From positions 3,608,040 through 3,672,039 of the forward strand of contig SMSO01000035.1 in NCBI GenBank assembly GCA_004764695.1: a stretch of 64,000 nt of DNA, read 5' to 3'. Under the pieces are notes generated by a model, which saw only the letters and a program-made list of their open reading frames with translations, had not been told where the DNA came from and made no database searches. Positions within the stretch are counted from its first letter, which is position 1. Each line of letters opens with the position of its first letter. Below, piece by piece: positions 53,846 through 64,000 of the stretch. The position numbers and the translations under genes were made by a program. Origin of the DNA: Schizochytrium sp. TIO01 (lineage: Eukaryota; Protista; Bigyra: Labyrinthulomycetes).

Positions 53846-54945
53846 ATCAAATTGTAGACTTCTAATCAACAACCAACAATCAACAACTAACAAATCACAG
53901 CGCAGCCCACTGCTGCTGGTGGTGGTATCAATGGTGATGACACTCGTAGTCTGATTCCATTGTAGCTGCTGGAAGCGGCAATCACCACACCTCCACAAAA
54001 AAAATACACCTCCACAATGAGCTCGATTTGCCTCGAAGACTATGTCATTTACACCCAAATCGAAGATCGCAGTTGATACGAAATGACTGCAATGACGGCA
54101 CGCAAACCAATACTATATCCATTGCTTCATCGCTGCCAACAACATGTCGGTGGGGACGATGATGAAGTCAAAGATGACGACAGAGACGGACCCACTAATC
54201 ACTATCTAGACCACACTTGATGAGATGAGAAACTATATAGCACACCAAATTTCACTTCGAATTGCATTCCTGACTTATTTCACTCATTCCTGAATCATCA
54301 GCGTATGAAATACATCTTGGACAACGGAAGTAATATCGCGTAGGGGAGCAGAGTGCAGTAGCTGCGATAGCTCATCAAACAACTTGCCTCGTATGTTGCT
54401 GGTGTATATTTGGGAAAAATTCTACGCTATTGCAATGTGCCAGAGTTGTTGACTTGACAGCAGCTACAAATCGTTAATGGGTAACATCGAGATCTGGAGA
54501 CGAGCACATCGTTTCAATGGACGTATCTAGTGTTACCTCTTGCACCCAATGATTATGCCCAAGTTTTAAAGACTGAAGATATAAGCGAGATTGCAACTAT
54601 TAACTTTTCCCGTTTTCATTACTATTACAATCTGTTGGAAATTAGCGACATATTCTTGATACGGTTTGGAATAGCTTGTTTATATCTGAAAACAAGAAAA
54701 AAAATATTCAGCTTGATGTACTGACTTTAGTTATCGCCTTTTTTAGGGGGGGGGGGGGGGTTAACAAGCCTGGGAAGTGGGATCTATAGATGAGAAGAGA
54801 ATAGTCATGAGTTCTTTTCCAATTCTTCAGATACCTAATGAGGAGGAATTATTAAAACAGCAAGCCACACTCTCAGATCAAAAGCCCAGATCTAGATTTT
54901 TACTTAAATTTGAATGCGTAAGAAATTGGTTATACTTGACGAAGC

Positions 54946-56232
54946 TCACTTGGGAGATAGCTTGCGCCAACGCATCGCAGCTATAACAGTTGTGGCAGCG
55001 ACATGGAGATCAAAGCGCTGGATTGCCTCCTGCAGCCCATTAAGGCGTTCCAGACACCGGGTTGTAGCTTCATCAATCTTCTGAAAACCACGCTCCGATA
55101 AATTAAGTTGATTTATATCCAAGCCTTGTCGCTTGACGTTGCGCAAATGTTGACGTAGACTTTCAAACGCGCAATGAATTCTCCCATTAGGAGTATACCA
55201 ACGTTGCAAAGTCTTCAATGTAATTCGATAGTCACTGGTCTCATCAACAATGGTATCATAGTTATAATTATCGAACTCGTGCACATCAAGTTTGCTGCCA
55301 CGATGCGACGAGGCTTTTGTTTCTGCCCGAGGTTTTTCTAAGTCTTCATCTTTCTCAAATAGGATCAATGAAGCTATCAGCAAAGTATATAACTTATGTG
55401 TATCACGCATCAACCGAGCCCAAAGCTCTCGACACGTAGAGCTGTTTGCTCTTCGGGGTCTATCAGCCGCAACCTGTTCAAGCTCTCTCAAACGTTCACC
55501 TAGCACCAATAGAACTCGGTCATATGTATTAAGGATACTCTGCAAACTATTCTCGAGTCCTTGGCTCGCTTCAAGCTTAGATTCGACGGATCCTGCGTGG
55601 AAGCTTCCGCAGCTCGAGCGGCGCGTTTCGGTTCTGTTCACAGTCGACAAGCGCAGCCGATGCACAGCTTCCGGGTGAAACCATGTGGCATTGTGATGGT
55701 TGATTCCAGGCTGCAGAGTAGCTAAGGTGAAGTCATTAGTTCGATTGCATCGGTCACTTTCTCGGCCAGAAATCCTTAGCTCGTAAAGCTGGTTGAGCTT
55801 AGCTGTAGGTGAACGTGGAGATGAGCACTCCAATATGCGCCAGCTATCTTGCTTAGCTAAAGAACTAGGACGGAGCCGGCTTAAGTCACTGTGTTTGCAC
55901 GTATCAACGTCACATGGGTTTACGTTAGACTTCCTTTGGTTTAAACGAACAGTCTCTATTCTTGCTGTTGAAACTTACTTGGCCTCAGCACCATTTTCTT
56001 GAAGATGTGAGTACCTCTCACGATCTTCTCGTGCGTCGGATGGCGGTCGTAAAGTTTCAATATCAAGTTGCTTGTTTAGCTTAGGTTGAGCATTTCGCCT
56101 AGACCTTCTGCCTGCGAAAGGATGAAAGGGGTCGTTATATTTAGTTCCAAGGCTTTTCATTTCCTCGCGCCCCATGGAATCACGAATATCTCTACTCCAG
56201 CTATGGACCTCATCAGCACTGAAGATGTCCAT
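54946..56232 (-). CDS. Hypothetical two-exon helical protein (exons 56232-55979, 55888-54946; 398 aa)
   Basis: ORFs 55975-56232 and 54946-55833 share a frame and are separated only by the TAA inside a GTAAGT donor (55978). There is a CTAAC branch-like site and a phase-compatible CACAG acceptor (55889). No recognisable domain. Confidence 0.6.
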
Positions 56233-58719
56233 CTTCGTGACTTTCTCTCAGCGCTACAATTCGGCTCTGCGAAATGCTTTCGGTGTCATAATTTACAGGC
56301 AAGAACTTAATCTAATGTTTATTATACGTATTACATGTTCTCCTCACTTTTGAGAACTTTAACGTTCTTACCTCTATAAGACTAAGGAGGAAAGGGGATA
56401 CCAAGACCATCCCAACTTTTGTTCATATTTCTTCAAAAAAGAGGAAACCTTCCGTCCCTATGGCCGTCAACAATGACATTTTCGTCAAATGCGCGACAGT
56501 CTGTGCAAGATGGGCCGCTCCTATACAGAATCAGCATTCACACCAAGCTCCTGCTATCCTTGCATTTCTCGCACTTGATCGTCTTTTACAATTTAAAAGG
56601 ATTCGTAACGAGCAATTTTTTTCGGTTCCAGAGGTTCGTAAATTTATCTACTGTACCTGTAATTTTAATTAAAAATATAGTCTTATCATTAATTGCATGT
56701 GCCTCCTGACTATGTTTTCATAAACTTGCACAATTGCAAACATAGAGACAGCTTGTTCCTGTAAAGACCGAGCATCCCTTTCACGAATGGTAGCTACCTA
56801 CACGTAATCTATGAGGTAGCCTGGCAATGGATAATTAATTGGAATTAAAACTGTTGTCTTTAAAAAATAAATAAAAATATTTTAAAATAATTATTATTGC
56901 TGTCATCATTATTGTTATTGTCATTATTAGGATTTCTTTTTTCTAAAACCTAGAAACTATTATTTTAACTAAAAGAAAAGAAAAGAACTTGAAATGAATT
57001 AATTTTCTAATTAAATAATAAAAAATCTTCTGCTGAAAAAGGTTGTTCACATGCCTTTTCTCCATTCTCCGCGAGACGCACACGTGTTCTTCTTTGCAGC
57101 CGACATAATTTCAATTAATCGGTCAATCATTCATTCAATCAGTCACGTTGCACATCGTTTCATGCCCCTACTGGGGCCGCGCGACATGGGTCTTTTATAG
57201 CCTCCATTCTCGGAACTACAACGAGATCATCTAGTCTTACGCAACGTGCAAGATTTACTGTGCTATCGACGTAGGTGTTGATTCAGAAACCTTGCGTTTG
57301 TGTTATTTCCGGAATGACCTGCCTCCTAGCTACAAAGATTTTTGTATCGCAGCTCCGGCACTTTGTCGCCTTGCTGTGATCATCATAAAAAGGATGCCCA
57401 AATCTCTGCTGGTGAAAATGAAAATTCTAAGGTCTACAACGCTGTAATTACGATTCTGGCTCTTAACCTTGAGAAGCGCAAAGTAGACTCTGCTTACTCC
57501 ATAGTTTTAGTGGTCGCTTGGTCGACCATTATAGAATCAGTGACCGCTTTTCCCTTTCTTAAGTCAACGAAGTTTCCTGTGCTGACCGGGAAGTTTGCCC
57601 GCCGATCGATTTTGCGTTGCAGGGAAATCATCATGTCTGAAGTTGCTTTGTGCTTGCCAGGTCGTCCTGAACGCAAACTATCTTCCTAAGTTTGGAATGG
57701 CAAGGGCCAAACTTTATTTTTCTAGGTAGGGGAACAACTCCCCCAGATGGAGCCAATTCGTGGACGGGTGCTCCTCACCAGGTCGATCCTTACAGTCGAT
57801 TCTTACAGTACCAAACACCCTGGCCTCATTGCATAAGCTTCCAACCTGTGTTTGTCAGATGGTGTCTTATGTACCTACCTAGGCACCTATTGAGAGGTGA
57901 AACTGGTCAGTTGGAGGCTGATTTTGAAAATGAAGGCAAGGTGCTCGAGGGTCACCGGAGGGCTTTGGAGGGCTTGATAAAGTTTGGCTTTAAGATTTAT
58001 CAGGCTGCCGCCCCTAGAAATGAATTCCCTTTTAGGACAGCCTGATTCATACCATAATCCGGAGACAGAGACAAACTTAGTCCGTACTAAACACAATTGA
58101 AGAGGTCAGGTTAGCTTGTCTCTTCAAGTATCAACTCAGATTTCACATTCTGATAAATGCCTGTCAGTTCTTGGCTATCTTGAGTTCGCAACCACACATC
58201 TCTAGTTCTGATCTGGTGTAATTTAAAATAATGGAAGTAATACACGATTTGACGCTGTCTGTAGATATATTCAAGAAACAATTACAAATATATCAAAGGT
58301 GAAGGAAACATTTTAAAGCAAAACATCGCACATCAAATCAAATTAATTGAAAACATTTAAGTCAAAATGGTGGATTACCTGTAAGCATCTAGCCAACCAG
58401 GTTCGTGGTCCTCTTTTTCAAGAATATAGATAGACCCAACAAATTCTTATGACGAGGTACAGCAGGTTAACCGTCCTTTAGGCAATCCTTAAACTGAAAT
58501 TGTGCAGAGTGGCCTTGAAAGAACACAAGGATGTCCCATCATGACTTGATGAGCATAGAGCAACCAGTGCTCAGTCTGTGCATTCGTCGTAACTTCGAGT
58601 TTATCTCCGTTTCGGTATATAATCTTATAAATTGTTATAGAATTATCTCTTTAATTTAAAAACAAAACAGTAAAAGTTTCTAAACATAATACATAAGCCT
58701 TAGTGAATGAAATAAATTG

Positions 58720-58720
58720 A

Positions 58721-58767
<47 letters not shown>

Positions 58768-58791
58768 ATGAATAAATAAATAAATAAATAA
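58720..58791. repeat. (AAAT)n microsatellite
   Basis: Directly visible. Confidence 0.93.
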
Positions 58792-59088
58792 GCATATGAA
58801 GGCCGATATACAGACAGGCCTTTCTTTATACACATAGAAAATATAAAAAACATCCGGAAGCAATTGACAGTAGCACACTACTAGCATGTAGTTAGTACAT
58901 GCTTCTTTTCATAGTTCCTAAACTTTTCATGACATGCTATAAAGTTCATCGAATAAATAAATGAAGCTCTTACTAGATAGAAGATAGGTAATAACCAACT
59001 TCATCCAAATTAGCAGACCTTGAGGTCGGAGGCAGGCCTCATTTGCTGCCTGCGTGGTGTCCGGGGGCTGCTGTGCTATCCTCAGACA

Positions 59089-62000
59089 ATGGTCTCCATT
59101 CCTGATTCCTCGTCATTGTCCAACTCGGCCGCCGAGCCCACCACGGCGCCGGCCATGGCCACCCTAAGCGACGGCATTTCTGCTACTCAGAGCGAGCCTG
59201 ATCTCGCTCAGCGTGACGATGAGAACGTCGGCGCCGAGAATGCTGGGGAGAATAGTGACACCACTGCAGTTCTGGAAAGTCCGACAGGAGAACTCTCGAT
59301 AGATCCAGCAACGCAGCATGGAAAGAGGACCAAATGCACCAAGGCACTGCCGGCGTTGCTTGTGGCACGCTCGCCATCATTGATATCGGTTTCAAGAGCG
59401 ATGACACCGCCGCCAATGGATTCATCGGGATCATCAAGGTTCTTTGCTTCTTCATCACAGGCTGTGGAAAACCGAAGCGTGGCGGTTGTGGTGAGCGTGG
59501 TGGAATTCCACGTTCGGGAGGGACCCTCGATTCGCGAGACATTTCCGGATACGCTTGACATCTTTGACTCTGAACCGCAGACAACGGGGGCCATTGCAAC
59601 AGGAGTTTCACGGAGTAATTCTGGGAACCGTGTCAGAAGCAAGTCGGATGCGGACGGAGTGGCGTTCTCGTCCCAGGCGACCCGTGCCAAGTCGCCTTCA
59701 GTAGTGCAGCAGTCAGTGAGCTTTGAGACTTCGCTACAGAGCCAACTAGAGAATCCTTCGGGGTCTATCTCTCCATCTTCTAGGAGAAGAGCAGTGACGC
59801 TTAAACTTGAGCAAAACTACCGTACAAAACTCCCCTTCTTAGCCTTGCCAGATCGCGCTGACGCCCAGGACCATGGATTTAGCTACTTTTTACTTCGTCA
59901 AGCACCTTCGCTTGTGATGGGAGTTTCATGCTTCAGACAAGTCGAGTCTGACGAGGCCGTGCGCGGTAAACACCAGCGTGCATTGGTGGTAATGTGTAAC
60001 CTTCCGCTCTTTGATTTTATCAGATCTCTTATGGAGGTGCATGTAAATGATATTCTATGGGCAACAGATGCTAACGAGCGGTTAGCACGTATGCGAGCCC
60101 TCCACGTTAAATTGTCAAGCCTTATCCAACCTTCCCTATGCCGGGAGCTAAAAAATATTCAGGGTTCTACGTCCCTAGTCCAGTCCTTGCGCGTTCTCGG
60201 AGGGGCTAAAACTGCTCTGATACTGCTCAAATGTCTTCTTCTGGGTAATACCGGTGTCATGGTCACCGGTCCAGCTGGGGCCCTTGTCAGTCAAATCGTG
60301 CTCAGTATTTCTGGTCTTCTGCCACGGCGAGGTGGCATGCTTGGCGCGCTTATTGGGGAGAACATGGGTCATTCAACGACTTGCCGTGAACTTGCAGAGC
60401 TTGCTATGGCCGTGCTTCCACCTCGGCTTCAAGGTTACGCAGCACGGAAGCAAAATCGGTACAAGAGTAAGCTCCTCCTCATGCCTTACTGTAGTTTAAT
60501 GGAAATGGATGATATCCGTGAAGTCTATACACCGCGTGTCACATCCAAAAGTGGCAAGGGTTCTGAGCTGCAGGGTCGGTGTGGCTACTTTGCAGGAACA
60601 ACCAACCCAGTCATGGCTTCTGGCGTACGTAATGGCCTTGGCGACCTCATCCTCGAGCTCGATGATTCTGTATTAGCTGCTTTCTTGGTAGGACAAGGTG
60701 GCGCTGCTGCTGCAGGCTCCACGTCAGCAACGAGTGCTTCGCGCAAATCTGCCTCACCCTCACCTGTTTCAGGAAACAGCCCGACTTCTGCTAGTAGCAC
60801 ACATGCAGCTTTTCAGCAACTGGAACGTTTTTCATCGCGGGCAGCAAAATTTATGCGTGAGAAGACCGACGAAGTGGTAACTAAACTTCAGCAGCTCGGT
60901 AACAATTCGGTGCGTACTGCAACCCTGACGCCAGCAGGCCGTGTTGCTGCAGACCTTGGTGGCAAGGATCGAGCCTATGTTCGAAAGATTGATCGCTTGC
61001 TTTTAGGAAGTGGACGCGAGAAGTTTGCTTCAATGAATAAACGTCGCTCGCGAAGCAAAAGCCCGCACAAGAAAAAACCCTCTGCTTCAGGTTCCGCTTC
61101 GTTGAAGAGCAGTGGTGCACCGCGTCACACATCTTCAATGTCATCGACGACCTCGACTTCAGACTCATCTCCTCCTTCCTGCAAGCCCTCACCCGCTCCC
61201 TCAGTGTCCGCTGCGCCTTCGCTAACGAGTAGTTGGAAAAAGTCTGGCGCAGCCGCTTCATTCTCTAGTTTTATGAGCTCAATCGCCCAGCTTGTTGACC
61301 CAGACAGTCATAATACCAACAACAATAATAACTCAAGCGAGAATGCAGCAAGGGGTGAGACGAATGAGACGGACCATCTTGCTTATGAAGCTCTTGACGG
61401 TGGTTCCTCTGAAGGCCACTCTAGTGTTGTTGATGAGGAAGACGCTGCTGTTGAATCACTTGTTGGTGATGTTGAGACTGACTTTGGCGAAGGGCCACGA
61501 ACAGAAGAGGAACTGGAGGCTAAAATCCAAGAGCTATTTGTCTCTTGGATGAATAGTCTCTTCTCTGAAATTTCTCATTTTATTGACCATGGTTCTTTGC
61601 CTCAAGCCCCACCCGGGACCATCCAGGGCTTAGTCCCATCTCATAATCAAGACTACTTGCGCGAATGGGCACGCCGCACTCAGACAACCAGGGAGAAAAA
61701 CACTTGTAGTGAGGTGGTGCAATTTGCCAATGGAGATGAATACCGCGGTGAGATTCTCGTGAGTGATGCGGATGGTTTCGTTGACCTTGACCATGACGCA
61801 TCCCGTAATTTGTCGCATGGAGTTCGCGTGGATAGACAGGGCCGTGGTGTGTACACAGCTGCTCAATCTGGATGGCGCTATGAAGGAGCCTGGGAGAATG
61901 ATGTTCGACAGGGTAATGGCGTAGCTACCTGTGGGGACTCCTTCCTATTCGATGGTGCCTGGGATGGCAATCGCCGCAATGGACGCGGTACCTGCATAGT

Positions 62001-62673
62001 AAAGGGCAAGGGTCAGGTTTCTGGTGTTTGGGACGCTGATGTCTTGCGACAAGGCGTCTTCTTTGATCAAAATGGAAATAAGTTGGACGCGGTTTTTGAT
62101 GATGAAGGAAGAGTTGAAGAAGGAGTCTTTATGAATGCAGAAGGCAATGCTTCATACAAAGGGCGATTCAACAAGGCAGGCCTCCCACATGGTGTTGGTA
62201 ATGCCGCATACCCGGATGAGTCAAAATACTCGGGAACTTTTGTCAATGGCCAGCGTCATGGTCAAGGCGCATGGTCAGTGTCTCCCCTTGAGTGGTATGC
62301 TGGAGGGTGGAAAGAAAATGTTTTTAACGGCGACGGAATCCTTGCCTTCAAATTGAAGTCAAAGGCCGGTGATGGTGAAGACGGAGTATCAAAACCTGTG
62401 GAACTCGAGGCTACCTGGAATGCTGGCAAATTAGACCCTGTGCGTTTATGCTGTGTTCGTGACGCAGTTACGCGCGAACCAATCTTTGAGGGTAAACTTC
62501 AGGACTGGGATAGTGCTACGCAAGTGCCTTCATTTAGCCCCCCGACAATGTCTTTTAAACCGGAGTACATGCCACACGATTTTGCATGTTTTCTTGAGCC
62601 GCTGCCTAGTTGTGAAGGAAAGGTTTTGCCAAGCCTGCCGAGTGACAGCGAATATGATACCGAGTCTGAATAA
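59089..62673 (+). CDS. AVL9/DENN-family protein with C-terminal MORN repeats
   Basis: ATG at 59089. AVL9-like blocks occur in order: VVEFHVREGP, LPFLALPD, GVSCFRQV, RGKHQRALVV..LPLF, LILLKCLLL, GYFAGTTNP. MORN repeats include YEGAWENDVRQGNG, FDGAWDGNRRNGRG, YKGRFNKAGLPHGVG, YSGTFVNGQRHGQG, YAGGWKENVFNGDG. Confidence 0.82.
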   Translation: MVSIPDSSSLSNSAAEPTTAPAMATLSDGISATQSEPDLAQRDDENVGAENAGENSDTTAVLESPTGELSIDPATQHGKRTKCTKALPALLVARSPSLISVSRAMTPPPMDSSGSSRFFASSSQAVENRSVAVVVSVVEFHVREGPSIRETFPDTLDIFDSEPQTTGAIATGVSRSNSGNRVRSKSDADGVAFSSQATRAKSPSVVQQSVSFETSLQSQLENPSGSISPSSRRRAVTLKLEQNYRTKLPFLALPDRADAQDHGFSYFLLRQAPSLVMGVSCFRQVESDEAVRGKHQRALVVMCNLPLFDFIRSLMEVHVNDILWATDANERLARMRALHVKLSSLIQPSLCRELKNIQGSTSLVQSLRVLGGAKTALILLKCLLLGNTGVMVTGPAGALVSQIVLSISGLLPRRGGMLGALIGENMGHSTTCRELAELAMAVLPPRLQGYAARKQNRYKSKLLLMPYCSLMEMDDIREVYTPRVTSKSGKGSELQGRCGYFAGTTNPVMASGVRNGLGDLILELDDSVLAAFLVGQGGAAAAGSTSATSASRKSASPSPVSGNSPTSASSTHAAFQQLERFSSRAAKFMREKTDEVVTKLQQLGNNSVRTATLTPAGRVAADLGGKDRAYVRKIDRLLLGSGREKFASMNKRRSRSKSPHKKKPSASGSASLKSSGAPRHTSSMSSTTSTSDSSPPSCKPSPAPSVSAAPSLTSSWKKSGAAASFSSFMSSIAQLVDPDSHNTNNNNNSSENAARGETNETDHLAYEALDGGSSEGHSSVVDEEDAAVESLVGDVETDFGEGPRTEEELEAKIQELFVSWMNSLFSEISHFIDHGSLPQAPPGTIQGLVPSHNQDYLREWARRTQTTREKNTCSEVVQFANGDEYRGEILVSDADGFVDLDHDASRNLSHGVRVDRQGRGVYTAAQSGWRYEGAWENDVRQGNGVATCGDSFLFDGAWDGNRRNGRGTCIVKGKGQVSGVWDADVLRQGVFFDQNGNKLDAVFDDEGRVEEGVFMNAEGNASYKGRFNKAGLPHGVGNAAYPDESKYSGTFVNGQRHGQGAWSVSPLEWYAGGWKENVFNGDGILAFKLKSKAGDGEDGVSKPVELEATWNAGKLDPVRLCCVRDAVTREPIFEGKLQDWDSATQVPSFSPPTMSFKPEYMPHDFACFLEPLPSCEGKVLPSLPSDSEYDTESE

Positions 62674-63370
62674 CGTACTTCATTAAGAGAAAGCTTTGGA
62701 TCCCGATAAAATTAACTCCTGCCATTTATGACAAAGACGTAAAATTGAAATTGAAATTAACACACAACTGCTTTGCTAATATGGTTCTCTTACTCTAACC
62801 CTGGCAAGCAACAATCTGTGCGCCCACTTGGATTGAAGTACGGACGTATGGCATCGTTATCTCACTGTCAGTGTCACTAGATATCATAGACTTCTTCTGT
62901 AGAATTAATAGACATGAGCAAAGTGAGATGTATAATGTTATTAACCCTAAGAAAGGCCTTGCGAAAAGCTCGTAAATATTTCTTAATATTAAACCTTATA
63001 TAGATGGTTTCTTGAAGTTCCATTTTTCTTTTCCTTTTTTTAAAAACATAAAGTAAATACAAGGCAGATTAGGTAGAATGCTGGCAGAGAATATTTCAAT
63101 AGCTCGTAAACATATTCATCAATGTAACGTTCCAAAGATGGCTACGACTTAAGGAATTCATGCATTTTCTTTGAAGATGAAATTACAATACTCAAGAGTA
63201 GTGTATGGTATTTAATAATAAAAAACACCTCGAAAAGTGTCAGGGTTTGGCACTTGTTGTTGAATTTTCTTTGTCGCGCCTTGTTTAAGCTTGGTCCATG
63301 CGCATTGTAAAGCCCACGGTGAAATTCTATTACCACGATATTGATCATAATCATAGAATAAAATATTCAC

Positions 63371-64000
63371 TCATTGCTGTGATTTTCGAGCCATTCTTTG
63401 TGACGTGTAAGTCGAATTGTAAGCCTCGTGGTCTTCAGTGCTCACATTTTTACGACGTGAAAGCAGCTGAGGAGGGACGAAGACATTCTGCGAGGAAGGT
63501 GCGCTTGGACGTTGAGCTGATGTGGTGGCTGACTGCTGATATTTAGTGGGTTGGGTTGGTTTTTGCTGGCCAAACCTGGGGAGGTCCTGGTGATGCGTTG
63601 GATTAAATTTTGGCAAACTTTGCAGCGGTTGTTTCAACGCAATAGTTTGCTCGCCAAATTTCGGTAAATTTTGTTTCGGAGCGCTATTCTGTTCACCGAA
63701 TTTTGGCAGATCTAGTCGAGGCTTCTTTATTGATTCTTTGGATATCTGTGGTGTATGAGGGTTCTCAGAAGAAAGTAATTCCGCAGGTCTTTTGTGTGGT
63801 GAAGGAGTTTCCTCAGTTTCCATGCGCTCGCAGTCGTGCGTTGCAGCCATTGGATTTGTTACGTTGTTATTTTCTGTTTCACTTGATGGTTCAACGTTCG
63901 GCACTTGTTTTGGGACTTCACGATCTCCCAAATTTTGTTGGGTTTGTACCTCCTCGTCGTCGCTTTCCTCGTCCGAAGACGACGCGTAGTTTTGAAGCAT
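63371..64000 (-). CDS. Hypothetical, largely disordered protein (possibly 5' truncated)
   Basis: 209-aa ORF beginning at the window edge. Contains LQNYASSSDEE, internal LP(K/R)F repeats and C-terminal FVPPQLLSRRKNVSTED. Confidence 0.6.
   Translation of the reverse strand: MLQNYASSSDEESDDEEVQTQQNLGDREVPKQVPNVEPSSETENNNVTNPMAATHDCERMETEETPSPHKRPAELLSSENPHTPQISKESIKKPRLDLPKFGEQNSAPKQNLPKFGEQTIALKQPLQSLPKFNPTHHQDLPRFGQQKPTQPTKYQQSATTSAQRPSAPSSQNVFVPPQLLSRRKNVSTEDHEAYNSTYTSQRMARKSQQ

Noticed and set aside
57300-57690. Possible minus-strand exons, one reading DDHSKATKCRSCDTKIFVARRQ (FYVE-like start)
   Set aside because: The diagnostic RRHHCRxCG is missing and I could not build a consistent spliced model. 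It could be a decayed gene but is unsupported.

Overview
Eukaryotic nuclear DNA, gene-dense and intron-poor. The gene set (flagellar RSP3, eEF3, a Zn2Cys6 protein, AIF, RecQ4) and microsatellite-rich intergenic DNA suggest a flagellated heterotrophic protist, most likely a thraustochytrid/labyrinthulomycete stramenopile (inference). About 18 protein-coding genes are supported: GCN1 3' end, AIF-like flavoprotein, RecQ4, bHLH-ZIP factor, TFIIB-like protein, a spliced knottin-like membrane protein, a spliced RCC1-like propeller/mucin membrane protein, eEF3, MUT-7/EXD3, an IQ-motif protein, a Zn2Cys6-dCTP pyrophosphatase fusion, a Mis18-like protein, RSP3, an EF-hand/WD40 protein, mitochondrial uS17, a spliced hypothetical, AVL9-MORN and a hypothetical at the right edge. 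I saw no rRNA, tRNA, CRISPR or intact transposon by eye. The strongest candidates for new biology are (1) a MUT-7/EXD3 exonuclease with a YbaK/ProXp-type tRNA-deacylase domain inserted before its Mut7-C domain and (2) a GAL4-type Zn2Cys6 domain fused in frame to an apparently intact DCTPP1/MazG enzyme. Also notable: a one-cyclin-repeat TFIIB paralog with a C2HC finger, an AIF homolog lacking redox residues, a cystine-knot protein visible only after splicing, and a perfect 20-bp palindrome matching the symmetric lac operator core upstream of the MUT-7 gene. All family calls come from motif recognition by eye, not database searches.
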